From: a virus | Reading direction: 5' to 3' (one strand) | DNA: 64,000 nucleotides | IMG/VR virus record: IMGVR_UViG_3300028394_002659 | Shown here: piece after piece, positions 23,268 to 32,781 of the stretch | How positions within the stretch are numbered: position 1 is the stretch's first letter | How the letters are laid out: the number at the start of each line of letters is the position of its first letter | Notes under the pieces: generated by a model | Seen by the model: only the letters and a program-made list of their open reading frames with translations | What the model was told of the DNA's origin: nothing | Databases searched by the model: none | Program-made: the position numbers and the translations under genes

Positions 23268-23313
23268 AAAGCACTGGACTCCAATGCTTTTATTTATCAA
23301 AGTCCAGTGCTTT
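23268..23313 (-). promoter_or_regulatory. 13-bp hairpin occluding the SD, with late-promoter-like ATAAATA in the loop
   Basis: AAAGCACTGGACT / AGTCCAGTGCTTT directly before the ATG. Confidence 0.7.
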
Positions 23314-23316
23314 TAC

Positions 23317-23697
23317 CTATTTAGTGTCAACAGTGCCATCTGCCAAGTGGTCCTGTTTGATTTCCCGCACAGGATGCCCCAAGATAGTGGCAATGGAGTT
23401 TTTGTAAGCGATCCGCTTGTTGTTGAAATCGCGAATGGCAATTGCTCTACGACCAATCTCTTGTAGGCTCAACATCTGCTCCACTCCAGATTTCAGTTGC
23501 CACTCCAGATCCCAGATGGCATGGTGGATGTCAGTCATTGCTTGAATATCTGCATCCAGTTCTACACTTTGGGGGAGTTGGCGGAACTTGTCCTCGTACC
23601 AATCAAGTTCAACTTGATTTGCACCTTGAGTACGAGCATGTTTTACTCTGGCAATGCAGAGTCGATCGATCAGTTCTAATACCGGTAAGAATTCCAT
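23317..23697 (-). CDS. hypothetical protein (DUF6165-like)
   Basis: ELIDRLCI..K, IWDLE, N.KRIAYK pattern. Confidence 0.6.
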   Translation of the reverse strand: MEFLPVLELIDRLCIARVKHARTQGANQVELDWYEDKFRQLPQSVELDADIQAMTDIHHAIWDLEWQLKSGVEQMLSLQEIGRRAIAIRDFNNKRIAYKNSIATILGHPVREIKQDHLADGTVDTK

Positions 23698-23751
23698 ATA
23701 CGGCCTTTCATGTTTTATGGATTCTTATTATATAATATTGCTAAGTTTTTG

Positions 23752-25698
23752 TCAAGCCCGGGGACGGTCCCATTGGCCACTTTGTTTCCATTCTAAGTGA
23801 AAATCAGTTGGTACCCCTTGCCATGGTTCACCTTGCATTCTTATATCAAAATCTGCTGACCATACGCCAGAGGCATTGATTTCAAAATCATACCTTGCCC
23901 ATAATTTATGATCACCGCCGCGTGGATAACGAAGATAACCAAATTCTTCTAGGTCTAGTTCGGGATCAAATTCTAGATGAAATTGATAAGCACCCATGGC
24001 CAGCCAAGTCACACGCAAGAATGGCCATATCTCATTCACCAGGTGATTGGCAATGGGATTGATGTCGTCCTTGATTACGTAATAATCAAAGTCTTTTTCC
24101 CAGGGTATAGGATCAAGCCAGTTGGCAGGATCATATTCTATACTATAGTGATTTTCTAACGTAGGATATTGTTTGACAGGTTTTAACCACGGTGGTGTGT
24201 TGTGTAATCTAAATTGTTCTATCAAGATATTGGTCGTTTTCCAACGAATAAATCTAGTGAATCCGGTATTTTTGCCGTCGGTAGTAGCCCAGCCATAACA
24301 CCAGTCTTGACCTTCGGGTCGGACCCCAAACCGTTCGCGTTCTAGTTCCAAAGGTGTGTTGTGCCCAAGGCCGCATGTGCCGGAACTCAGTCCGCCCATG
24401 CCTGATATACGTAATCGCCATATCATGGTCATGGTTTGTGCTACATCGGTTAATTCTTCCCCAGGAAAACCAGTGAACCATGTGGCAAAATTATTTCTCA
24501 ATTTGTTGTCATTTAGATCTTGAAAGTTTTGTTCAATCCACTCAACCTTGCAATTCTTTTTCATAAGATCCAACACTCGTTGTGACCCAGATTCAACACC
24601 AAATGCAAACCCACTAGCACCTGCTTTTTGTAGCAGTCCCCAAAAGTCTCGATCCATTCTACCATCAATGCGAGCATATCCTTGCCATTTGATTTTAATT
24701 TCTCTATCAATTAACCCTAGTGCAAATGATTCCAATTCACGCAAATTGCCATTTAGTAAACTGTCAATAAACCATACTGATTTTGCATTTTGCTGTCGGT
24801 ACACAATTTCAATTTCCTCTAACACTCGACTGGCCTGTCTTGAACGGTATTTCCAAAACACTGTTTCATTGCAGTACACACAATTGCTAGTGCAGCCACG
24901 ACTGAATTCACAACTGATTCCTTGGCCATCGTATAAACTGATATCCATGTCAGAATAGTCAGCAGGCGGCATTGAATCAAGATCTATTTTTTGATCTTTA
25001 CTTTGCACACAAAGTTGTGGAATTTCCTCTGTGGGATTTTCTAAGTTTTCAAGTATACGTACAAACCACAATTCGCCCTCGCCGCTGACCACATAGTCAA
25101 TCGAGGTTGAATGAGTCATTTTTAATTGAGTGGCATTGGCACCACCGATAATGATAATCACACCCGGGATAAGTCTTTTAAATTCTTGTGCCATCCACAT
25201 GGTACATGTGTCATTGGTATACCATGTGCTAAAACCAATTACTGTGGGTGCCCATTCTATAACCTGTGCCATGTATTTTCGTAGGGTTGGCTCAATAATA
25301 GGATGTACATTCTGACTGTAGTTTGGCTCAATCCACTTCCAATCTTCGTATGCTGTCCATAATTCTGGCACTCCAGCCTCATGTTTGGTCAAGATGTTGA
25401 TATCCCAAACTCGTGTGGGCCATCCCCCGTGCTTGGACAATGCGCTCATTCTAGCAATACCGTAAGGTGGTGCTAGTTGTGTCCACTCGGGCGCAACAAC
25501 AAGAGCCACACGATTTTGGCGTGTGGCATCTGTGTGCTGTACAACCTCAGTCAAGTTCTTTTGCTTGCGGCTTTCTAATCTAGGACGATTTTCTGCCATG
25601 TACATTTCAGTAAGAATCACATGGGGGTCTTGTCCTAGATTTTGTGGCCGGGGATCAGGCGCTTGAACAGTCTGGATTGGAATTATTCTTTTTTCCAT
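23752..25698 (-). CDS. B12-binding radical SAM protein
   Basis: IIGGANA, GEGE, SRGCTSNCVYC, GVESGS, GFPGE. Confidence 0.9.
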   Translation of the reverse strand: MEKRIIPIQTVQAPDPRPQNLGQDPHVILTEMYMAENRPRLESRKQKNLTEVVQHTDATRQNRVALVVAPEWTQLAPPYGIARMSALSKHGGWPTRVWDINILTKHEAGVPELWTAYEDWKWIEPNYSQNVHPIIEPTLRKYMAQVIEWAPTVIGFSTWYTNDTCTMWMAQEFKRLIPGVIIIIGGANATQLKMTHSTSIDYVVSGEGELWFVRILENLENPTEEIPQLCVQSKDQKIDLDSMPPADYSDMDISLYDGQGISCEFSRGCTSNCVYCNETVFWKYRSRQASRVLEEIEIVYRQQNAKSVWFIDSLLNGNLRELESFALGLIDREIKIKWQGYARIDGRMDRDFWGLLQKAGASGFAFGVESGSQRVLDLMKKNCKVEWIEQNFQDLNDNKLRNNFATWFTGFPGEELTDVAQTMTMIWRLRISGMGGLSSGTCGLGHNTPLELERERFGVRPEGQDWCYGWATTDGKNTGFTRFIRWKTTNILIEQFRLHNTPPWLKPVKQYPTLENHYSIEYDPANWLDPIPWEKDFDYYVIKDDINPIANHLVNEIWPFLRVTWLAMGAYQFHLEFDPELDLEEFGYLRYPRGGDHKLWARYDFEINASGVWSADFDIRMQGEPWQGVPTDFHLEWKQSGQWDRPRA

Positions 25699-25724
25699 AC
25701 CAGTTACTTATGCTTACGTATATG

Positions 25725-26033
25725 TCAAGCCCGGTACCAAATTATGTCTGATTTTATTTCAATAGTCTCTGCACCGTCGTGTTCTTTTATGATGAATTCC
25801 GTGCCCACAGGAAGCCACTCTATTTCTAAATCTCTCATGCCACCATCATAGATACCTGGGTATTTGAGTTTGACATATACGTCTAGTTCTTCCCATTTAT
25901 TATGTTCGACCAATTCTACTATAGCAGAGTCAAACAATAATTCTTCGGTGTCAGGATTCCACGAACTCCAGCCTGCACCATAGCCTGGCGATACTAGTAC
26001 AGCCACCCGACCATCGCGGATTAGTTTGTTCAT
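25725..26033 (-). CDS. conserved phage hypothetical protein
   Basis: VAVLVSPGYGAGWSSWN...EHDGAE. Confidence 0.75.
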   Translation of the reverse strand: MNKLIRDGRVAVLVSPGYGAGWSSWNPDTEELLFDSAIVELVEHNKWEELDVYVKLKYPGIYDGGMRDLEIEWLPVGTEFIIKEHDGAETIEIKSDIIWYRA

Positions 26034-26299
26034 TTCAAGTCGCCTCGGAGGGTATGCCATACCACAGGGTCACATCCAAGATAGATACGGTATTTTACAT
26101 TGTTGCGCCAGCGTGTGAATTCGTTGATCCGGCGTTCTACAAAATTAAACATTGAGTCACGAAACCAAAACGGATTTAGTATGGCCGCAATCATGGCTGT
26201 GGCCAGGGGTGGCATTAGCACAGCCACGGTGAACCAATGAAACGCCATGGCACGATAGAATCGGCCACCCGCAGGTGTTAGTGTAATTTCTTTGTTCAT
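26030..26299 (-). CDS. hypothetical membrane protein
   Basis: Coupled ORF with a hydrophobic segment. Confidence 0.6.
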   Translation of the reverse strand: MNKEITLTPAGGRFYRAMAFHWFTVAVLMPPLATAMIAAILNPFWFRDSMFNFVERRINEFTRWRNNVKYRIYLGCDPVVWHTLRGDLK

Positions 26300-26493
26300 T
26301 GCTGTACCTTTCTGCATTCAAACACGCCTGGGAACATTTTTTGTTCACGTACCAATTGATCCATGTATGTGACCATGGAAGTCCGGGTCTTTTCGCAGTC
26401 CGCTACGTCACGAAACTGACTCATGCGCTCTATGTGAAAGCCCGGAAGCCCGGACTTGGCCACAACCAAAAATGTAAAGATTAGTTCGTACAT
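26296..26493 (-). CDS. hypothetical protein
   Basis: Coupled ORF. Confidence 0.55.
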   Translation of the reverse strand: MYELIFTFLVVAKSGLPGFHIERMSQFRDVADCEKTRTSMVTYMDQLVREQKMFPGVFECRKVQQ

Positions 26494-26495
26494 GG

Positions 26496-26678
26496 TTAGT
26501 CCATCAAACTGTGAAGTCTATCTTCCCAGTAAAATTCATAACTTTGGCACTGCTCGGCTACTCGGCCCACAAGGCTGGCACGTTGTAGATAGGTGCGTGA
26601 AGCCTTTGCCGCTTCTAATTTGGCAATCAATGCGTCAATGTCTGCGTTCATACGCTCGTCAAGTGGTGATAGTCTCAT
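26496..26678 (-). CDS. hypothetical protein
   Basis: ORF in operon. Confidence 0.55.
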   Translation of the reverse strand: MRLSPLDERMNADIDALIAKLEAAKASRTYLQRASLVGRVAEQCQSYEFYWEDRLHSLMD

Positions 26679-26769
26679 ATGTTTCTCTTTACATGTATCG
26701 GTTGATGAACCAAACTTTGATCACAAAGGTAATGGCCAGGAATAAGAACATTTCAATCATGACGTTTCC

Positions 26770-27117
26770 TTAATCTAAACGGCTACCAGCGTAGGCTGTG
26801 AATCCGTATCGCTTGAACACATCAGCCGCCGCTTGGGCACCTGCCTCCAGGGTGTCTACGTTTTGCACGTACATGTCTGCTGGGTTCCAAATTTGGAAGG
26901 CACCGGTGTGACTCTTGCTTACGCCTGCTTCTTTCAGTGCCTTACCAAGTTTGGTATTGCCTCGAACACCAAAGATGTCAACCCAGGCAAAGCCACAGGC
27001 AAACTGATCTCGTCCGCCAAGTTTTTCTTGGAAGAAACGTTCAGCGGCTTCGCGAGCGGCTGACTTGGCTTCGGCCACAATTGTGTCTACTTTGACACCG
27101 TTTACTGTTACTGTCAT
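26770..27117 (-). CDS. conserved phage hypothetical protein
   Basis: CGFAWV...GAQAAA..AYAGSRLD; own promoter and AAAGGAG RBS. Confidence 0.75.
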   Translation of the reverse strand: MTVTVNGVKVDTIVAEAKSAAREAAERFFQEKLGGRDQFACGFAWVDIFGVRGNTKLGKALKEAGVSKSHTGAFQIWNPADMYVQNVDTLEAGAQAAADVFKRYGFTAYAGSRLD

Positions 27118-27147
27118 GGAGGGCTCCTTTTTAGTTTCTATACAAGT

Positions 27148-27176
27148 ATTATAACAAATCGGTAATTATTGGTCAA
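27148..27176 (-). promoter_or_regulatory. sigma70-type promoter TTGACC-N17-TATAAT
   Basis: Consensus; near-duplicate of 5711-5739. Confidence 0.8.
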
Positions 27177-27513
27177 CCGCTTTTGTACGCACATCTGTGT
27201 TGAGAGCAGGTGTATACTTTCGTATTAGTTCACGCTCTAGTGTGTGTGCCTGGGTCTTGCCACGTACAATGTCAACAATCGCAAAGTTCACAGCCGACTC
27301 ACCAGCGGCACGAATTGCTTCGTACAGGCGCCAAGATTTGTCTTCTGTGCGTGAGCGATAAATGTGCTTGTTGATGCGTGAGCGCAGGCTCATGGTGATT
27401 GTGCGTTGAGTTTTTGCTGTAACACCAATGTAGTACTCCAAACCAATTTGGATGAAGTAAACAATGTGTGTACGGTCCACTCGTTTTTTGCGTGATTGCT
27501 TTTTAAGTTCCAT
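27166..27513 (-). CDS. GIY-YIG nuclease family protein (leaderless)
   Basis: IVY...YYIGVT...R..H...E..LI...LN; ATG 6 nt after TATAAT (promoter 27520-27548). Confidence 0.8.
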   Translation of the reverse strand: MELKKQSRKKRVDRTHIVYFIQIGLEYYIGVTAKTQRTITMSLRSRINKHIYRSRTEDKSWRLYEAIRAAGESAVNFAIVDIVRGKTQAHTLERELIRKYTPALNTDVRTKAVDQ

Positions 27514-27558
27514 ACATGTATTATAACCGAAATTGCTTTTTTGGTCAACCGAAATCAA

Positions 27559-27611
27559 CTACTACAAAAGTATTACTTTTTCAGGGTTACAAAAGTAATA
27601 CTTTGGGTTAC
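27559..27611. promoter_or_regulatory. Cluster of GTA(A/G)TAC-N4-GTA(T/C)TAC-like operator sites
   Basis: CTACTAC-AAAA-GTATTAC and GGGTTAC-AAAA-GTAATAC-TTTG-GGTTAC. Confidence 0.55.
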
Positions 27612-27614
27612 ATT

Positions 27615-27974
27615 TTATGTACGATCAAGATAGCGTAAAAACTTTTCCAAGTCGCCATACATGGCGTACATGATGGCCTGCTGACTGCCGAATATGATTA
27701 GTTTGGGAGTTTTACCCGCCTTGAGATAGTAGGGACAATCCAGTTTTCGATTCAAGGTCATAAGCAAACTAGGACTCAACACTTTTGTAAAATCAAATTC
27801 ATATTGTTCGATGGACAAAAATCTAAAAGCATCATAGCCAGAGATGCTCAATCTCAATCCACCATCGTCACGTGGATCTTGCCACCATGCTTTGAGTGCT
27901 AGTTCAACGCCAAGCCGGTCATCTACTGGCAGTTGATTTAGCAGTTGTTGAGTGAGTTGTTTTTTATTTGACAT
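27615..27974 (-). CDS. hypothetical protein
   Basis: WW.DPR..GGLRL..G, CPYY. Confidence 0.75.
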   Translation of the reverse strand: MSNKKQLTQQLLNQLPVDDRLGVELALKAWWQDPRDDGGLRLSISGYDAFRFLSIEQYEFDFTKVLSPSLLMTLNRKLDCPYYLKAGKTPKLIIFGSQQAIMYAMYGDLEKFLRYLDRT

Positions 27975-28260
27975 CGGGGTATACTTGCGCCCCCTGCGTC
28001 AAGAGCACGACTGTGAACTTGTCGGTCTTGAATTGTGTGTTGAGTTTACGTGCTAGGTTCTTGGCATGACCGGGATTGGAGAATGAAACCTTCTTGTACT
28101 TGGGGCCGGGGTACTGTGTGAGCATGTTGGAGGTCTTCAAGTTGATTGGTTTGGTATCAAAAAACACCGCCCACACTCCTTCGGAAGCCAACACTTGTTC
28201 GGTCTTGTAAGTTGCTTTGTCAGTGTGTTCAATCAACACATTTGGTTTGGGTCTCGACAT
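27964..28260 (-). CDS. conserved phage hypothetical protein
   Basis: MSRPKP...GPKYKKVSFSNPGHA. Confidence 0.8.
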   Translation of the reverse strand: MSRPKPNVLIEHTDKATYKTEQVLASEGVWAVFFDTKPINLKTSNMLTQYPGPKYKKVSFSNPGHAKNLARKLNTQFKTDKFTVVLLTQGAQVYPDVK

Positions 28261-28291
28261 GATTATCTCCGTAGTTTATTTATCCCAATAA

Positions 28292-28507
28292 CTACGTGGT
28301 TTTGAAACTGCCACCGCTCAATTCTACCGTAACAGTTTCTTCTTTTGGCTGTGTATTTCGGGTATGCAAGGACTCCAGTGTCAGTAATAGTTTTGTAATA
28401 TCACTATGTAAATCTTTGGCTTCTCGCATGGTCATAGCAAAATCACGCTGACCGCGTGATTCATGTGCTTTGATGCTGTCTACAAATCTATTGATGTGTA
28501 TACTCAT
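28292..28507 (-). CDS. hypothetical protein
   Basis: Coupled ORF. Confidence 0.7.
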   Translation of the reverse strand: MSIHINRFVDSIKAHESRGQRDFAMTMREAKDLHSDITKLLLTLESLHTRNTQPKEETVTVELSGGSFKTT

Positions 28508-28860
28508 GACACAAAAGGTTCTAGGTTGGGTGGAGTCCAACCAGCGGGCTTGAGTACCTTGCCATCTTCACGTTTGCGTACTCGACCTGTTTGTTTATCA
28601 ATTTTGGCAAAGTTAGTGCTCATGACTTCTTTCCAGGCACCTTCGGCATCTACACCAAGACTGTGTATGGCACCAACGGTCACAACCAGGATGTCAATCA
28701 ATGCGTCGAGATCGTCTACTTTGGTCGTACTGGCTATTAGTTCATTGAATTCTTCACTGATGAGATTACAATACAGTTGATATTGTTGTTCGTTAAAGTC
28801 GCCCACGGTTTGTTCGCAGGCTCGCATGAATTTTTCTTGATCACGAAACGGATTTGTCAC
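28504..28860 (-). CDS. MazG-like NTP pyrophosphohydrolase
   Basis: LISEEFNEL, DALIDILVV, EV..TNFAK, REDGKVLKP. Confidence 0.85.
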   Translation of the reverse strand: MTNPFRDQEKFMRACEQTVGDFNEQQYQLYCNLISEEFNELIASTTKVDDLDALIDILVVTVGAIHSLGVDAEGAWKEVMSTNFAKIDKQTGRVRKREDGKVLKPAGWTPPNLEPFVS

Positions 28861-29293
28861 TTGCTTGTTCCTTGGTTTGAAAGGGACCTTGATATGCATA
28901 ACGCTCCAAGGTAATAAGTTTAGGGTGCTGTACTGCTTTCCACTTGCGATGTTGTTTGACCCGGTACCAACCAGCGGCAAACCACGACTTAGATTTGTCT
29001 TCTCTAGTGAACAGTGGCAATCGGTGTTTCACGTCCCACAACGGATTAAACACATCTCCCGCGACTTCATGTCCATAAACCATGTTTGGTGGCAATGGGG
29101 TTGCTGTTTCTGCCGGCTCAAATTGGATGTTAACCGCCTCTCGAGCCATCTTGATTGTTTTGTAACTGATTACACTGTCAAGAATTTTTATTGTACAGTT
29201 ACCGTTCTCTTTTACTTCAAGTTGGCCAATCTTGCGATCATCCTTCTTGAGTATGTAATACTGATTGTCCACCACTGGTTTGGCTAATATCAT
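28841..29293 (-). CDS. hypothetical protein
   Basis: Intact ORF in operon. Confidence 0.75.
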   Translation of the reverse strand: MILAKPVVDNQYYILKKDDRKIGQLEVKENGNCTIKILDSVISYKTIKMAREAVNIQFEPAETATPLPPNMVYGHEVAGDVFNPLWDVKHRLPLFTREDKSKSWFAAGWYRVKQHRKWKAVQHPKLITLERYAYQGPFQTKEQASDKSVS

Positions 29294-30287
29294 CTAGCAC
29301 TCCTTTATATGTTTCGTTGAGCCAGCGACCAAATTGTTCGGCCGCATCGCTACATTTGTTCAATTCGTACTTGCCGCAGAATTGCATAAATCTCACACCC
29401 ACTTGCCCCACGTCTCGGTGACTTATCTGCTCACGGATGGCTGTGTCTATAGTGTTCTTGATGTTGTCTGGTTGTGCTGTGAGATCAATGAGTGTGCGAT
29501 TGCGTTCATAGTCATCTAGCACACGATGTTCGACCCCATCCGGGTCGGTCCAACGTTGCAACATCATGTTGTTCCAATTGTATCCGCGCTTGTCTCGGTC
29601 TCCAAAGGCCTCACGGAGACCAACTTTATTCTTTGTGCCTTTCTCACGTACTCCAGGATACGCACTGAATACGTTGTCTGAGGAGTCACCACGCATGCAC
29701 TTCTCAAATAACAACCAGGCTGGATCCGGGATGGTTTTTGGCTGTTTAGTTTTCTTATCATTGACGTGCTTACCTTTAGCATCAAATATGCCCTCCAGTG
29801 TTAACAGTTCATCAGCAATGCCATTGTATTGCGTGACATTGGGTGCGAGTAATTGCACAAAGTCAGAATCTGAACTGATAACAACGTGTTGGTCTTGGGG
29901 GTGTAAAGAGATCCAACGTGCTATGATATCATCTGCTTCAGCAGTGGCACATCGGATAACGCTACAATTAGTTTTCGTAGCCAAGTATTTAGTCAGTTCG
30001 TCATACGTCTCCCAGAAAAGTTTATCTTCTTCTGCTTCTGCTTCGGTCATTTTGCCCCGGGCCACAGCACGATTTGCTTTGTAGGGTTTGTAATAATCCT
30101 TGCGCCACGAGCGCCCTTCCAGTGCGAATACCACATGATCTGCTTCAAATCTCTTGACCATTTTGTTCACTGCCATCAAGGTCACGTGCAGGGCAAAGCC
30201 CAATTTGGTCCAAGAGTCTGCGGCCCTAAATGCTCCGTGCCTGGCACGAAAAAACATGTTGGCAGTGTCAATCAGTACGTATTTCAT
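29238..30287 (-). CDS. T4-like RNase H / 5'-3' flap exonuclease
   Basis: LIDTAN, SWRK.YY..YKANR, EADDIIA, SSDSDF.QL, GDSSDNV. Confidence 0.92.
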   Translation of the reverse strand: MKYVLIDTANMFFRARHGAFRAADSWTKLGFALHVTLMAVNKMVKRFEADHVVFALEGRSWRKDYYKPYKANRAVARGKMTEAEAEEDKLFWETYDELTKYLATKTNCSVIRCATAEADDIIARWISLHPQDQHVVISSDSDFVQLLAPNVTQYNGIADELLTLEGIFDAKGKHVNDKKTKQPKTIPDPAWLLFEKCMRGDSSDNVFSAYPGVREKGTKNKVGLREAFGDRDKRGYNWNNMMLQRWTDPDGVEHRVLDDYERNRTLIDLTAQPDNIKNTIDTAIREQISHRDVGQVGVRFMQFCGKYELNKCSDAAEQFGRWLNETYKGVLDDISQTSGGQSVLHTQEG

Positions 30288-30996
30288 TGTGTTCAATTAA
30301 GTTGTTATCGTTGATGTATTGTAACACATGTTCGGCCCAAAGTCTATGACTTTTGGCATCAAAATGGTAACTTGCCGCATTTGCATAGGTTCCACCGTTG
30401 TTTTTTAGCCAATTATGATAGGATTCTTCCCGAATATACGGGTGCATATAATTTTTGCCCCAATCGTGGTGATTGTAGATATCACTAAAGGTGCTGTGTC
30501 CGCTAAAGAACAAATGACGTACACCCAAGCCTTTGAGGTACTGGTGCATGGTCCAAATTTTGTCATGTGCTTCGGGAGTTTTAACCGACCAATTTATGTT
30601 TACAACATAATTTTTATAGCGGTCTTGTAAATCATCTGGAACGCTGTCTATTCCACTGGCATTAACTTGATACCAAGTACCTTTATGAAGCCACTCTTCT
30701 CTCTCCCAAGTAGTCCACTGTAGAATCATAAACGTATTGGCTAACATGTCACGATTGTTTTCAATCCACTCCATTGTGGTGCGAATAGTACGATCGTTAC
30801 TGCCGCCAGAACTTGCTTGACAGATTAGTGTTGCATCCAATGCATCAGCAATGTGTTTACCATAACTAACTGCCAAATTTGCAGGGTGTGCTTCTGTGCC
30901 TTTGTCCCAGTATTGCCTATCATCCACAGCCCATGCATGTGGCACAGCGGCCTCGGCGGCCGCGGTATGACTACAGCCGTTTACATACAAGATCAT
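30268..30996 (-). CDS. SGNH/GDSL-like hypothetical protein
   Basis: NGCSHT, GGSN, late His (YHF...H). Confidence 0.6.
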   Translation of the reverse strand: MILYVNGCSHTAAAEAAVPHAWAVDDRQYWDKGTEAHPANLAVSYGKHIADALDATLICQASSGGSNDRTIRTTMEWIENNRDMLANTFMILQWTTWEREEWLHKGTWYQVNASGIDSVPDDLQDRYKNYVVNINWSVKTPEAHDKIWTMHQYLKGLGVRHLFFSGHSTFSDIYNHHDWGKNYMHPYIREESYHNWLKNNGGTYANAASYHFDAKSHRLWAEHVLQYINDNNLIEHNEIRTD

Positions 30997-31469
30997 TTTC
31001 GTAGCAGGACTTTTTCAGTTTCGGCGGCAACCACACGTTTGCGTAGACTTGAACTGGAGAACGAATGATCTCTGCTGTTGAATACATGTTCAATTTGCAT
31101 GGCCTGCCCTTCACTGCGTCCGGTGAAGTTGGTGTCTTCGTATTCGCTTCCTAGTATACGCACGTCAATTGGTAATGTAAGAATTAAATCTACTAGATCT
31201 TGTTCTGTGGTGTATACAACAATCTCGTCTACAAAACGGCAAGCACCTAATTGTATTTGACGTTCTACAATACTTTGAACAGGAGGATTTTTAATGCCCG
31301 GGCGATCAATACTTGCATCAGTTTGTAATCCTGCAATCAAGTAGTCGCAATGATTTTTGGCTTCGGCTAACATAGCGATATGCCCTGCGTGTAGCATGTC
31401 AAATTGACTGAATGTGATACCGATTTTTTTGCCCTCGGCTTTGAGTTCTTTAATGTGATTGAATATCAT
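30993..31469 (-). CDS. cytidylyltransferase (TagD-like)
   Basis: FDMLHAGH, R.HSFSSS.LR. Confidence 0.88.
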   Translation of the reverse strand: MIFNHIKELKAEGKKIGITFSQFDMLHAGHIAMLAEAKNHCDYLIAGLQTDASIDRPGIKNPPVQSIVERQIQLGACRFVDEIVVYTTEQDLVDLILTLPIDVRILGSEYEDTNFTGRSEGQAMQIEHVFNSRDHSFSSSSLRKRVVAAETEKVLLRK

Positions 31470-31861
31470 GATACCTCTGTTCTTCCGCCACCTATGTCTC
31501 TAGAGTTTACATATTGACTGCTGTACTTGTTCATGGCCTGCTCTTGTTCCCAGGTTTCCATGACCACGTGTCGGCAAATATTTTGGAACCAACGATCCAC
31601 TATATCTGCATCCGCATCATCGGGTTTCATCATGTAACCGGCCTTGACCAGTCGTGCCACAAAGATTTCGTTCCAGTCTAGTTCAAATGCACCTTGATGC
31701 AAGTTGTTGGGATCAATATCCATGCGAACAATACCCACATAAGGTTCGTTTTTTTCTGTGGCTAGTTCTTTTTCAGTCTTCTCTGGCGCACGAGGTTTGG
31801 GTTCAGCTCGGACTTTTGGAACCGGCTCAGGCTTTTTGCGAAAGCGATCAAATATTCCCAT
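31466..31861 (-). CDS. conserved phage hypothetical protein
   Basis: GAFELDWN..F...L..AGY, IVDRWF. Confidence 0.75.
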   Translation of the reverse strand: MGIFDRFRKKPEPVPKVRAEPKPRAPEKTEKELATEKNEPYVGIVRMDIDPNNLHQGAFELDWNEIFVARLVKAGYMMKPDDADADIVDRWFQNICRHVVMETWEQEQAMNKYSSQYVNSRDIGGGRTEVS

Positions 31862-32709
31862 CAGGTTCCCCATTCGTTCTTGAAGAGTGGCACTTGTAGT
31901 CTATCACTGTAGCGCCAGCCTTTTCGCATGGCCATTTCTGCCACTGCACGATTGTTAAGAGTATACACCCGCTCAACACCACCAACAGGCATGACATACA
32001 CAGGACCAGTAAACCCTGCTGTGCGATATTCCAACACTGCTTGTTCTGCATCTGCTAGATCCTGTTCTGTCGCTACCACCAGTTTCAAGTAAGTATACCC
32101 AACTTGCTCGTATTCGCATACCACTTCTGGAACAATGGCCTCTTCCCACCGCTCGCCTGAACCGGGAAGTTTGGCACTGACACTGAATGTGATTTCACGT
32201 TGTGCCCGCCAACGCTGTAGATATTCTTTGAACTCTGGCGTAAGTTTTTGAGTACCATTTGTTTCGAACGTAATTTCTTTAAGACCATGCATACTGTCAT
32301 GATCCAACAAGTCTGGATAAGCACGTTGCCAACCCAGCAATGGTTCACCACCTGTGATCACAAGATGCTCATCTTCCCAACGCCGATGTGGCAGTATCTC
32401 CATGATGTGATCCACAATTCCATTACTATCCATCATGGGACTTAGATCTTTAAAGTCTGGATGCCATGACGCATAACTATCGCAACCGGTACTCACAAGC
32501 GGAAGTTCTTGATACTTCTCAAAAGCCTTGACCATTGTATGTGTAGCCGCAAGATCAGTTGCTTCGTGGCTTACTTCACCACGTGGCATACCAAATCCTG
32601 CACATTTAAAATTGCAACCAAATGTTCTCAAGAACACACTTGGTACACCCATGTATCGACCTTCACCTTGGATCGAATAAAATAATTCTGCTATTTTAAT
32701 TCTAGACAT
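31861..32709 (-). CDS. queE: 7-carboxy-7-deazaguanine synthase (radical SAM)
   Basis: ELFYSIQGEG, FLRTFGCNFKC...CDS, VITGGEP, ETNGT. Confidence 0.88.
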   Translation of the reverse strand: MSRIKIAELFYSIQGEGRYMGVPSVFLRTFGCNFKCAGFGMPRGEVSHEATDLAATHTMVKAFEKYQELPLVSTGCDSYASWHPDFKDLSPMMDSNGIVDHIMEILPHRRWEDEHLVITGGEPLLGWQRAYPDLLDHDSMHGLKEITFETNGTQKLTPEFKEYLQRWRAQREITFSVSAKLPGSGERWEEAIVPEVVCEYEQVGYTYLKLVVATEQDLADAEQAVLEYRTAGFTGPVYVMPVGGVERVYTLNNRAVAEMAMRKGWRYSDRLQVPLFKNEWGT

Positions 32710-32781
32710 CTACATCCTTTGTTACTCATTGTACATTATACATGAAACTGCGGGTGTTTTGCAAGTGGTGAATTTGCCAGT

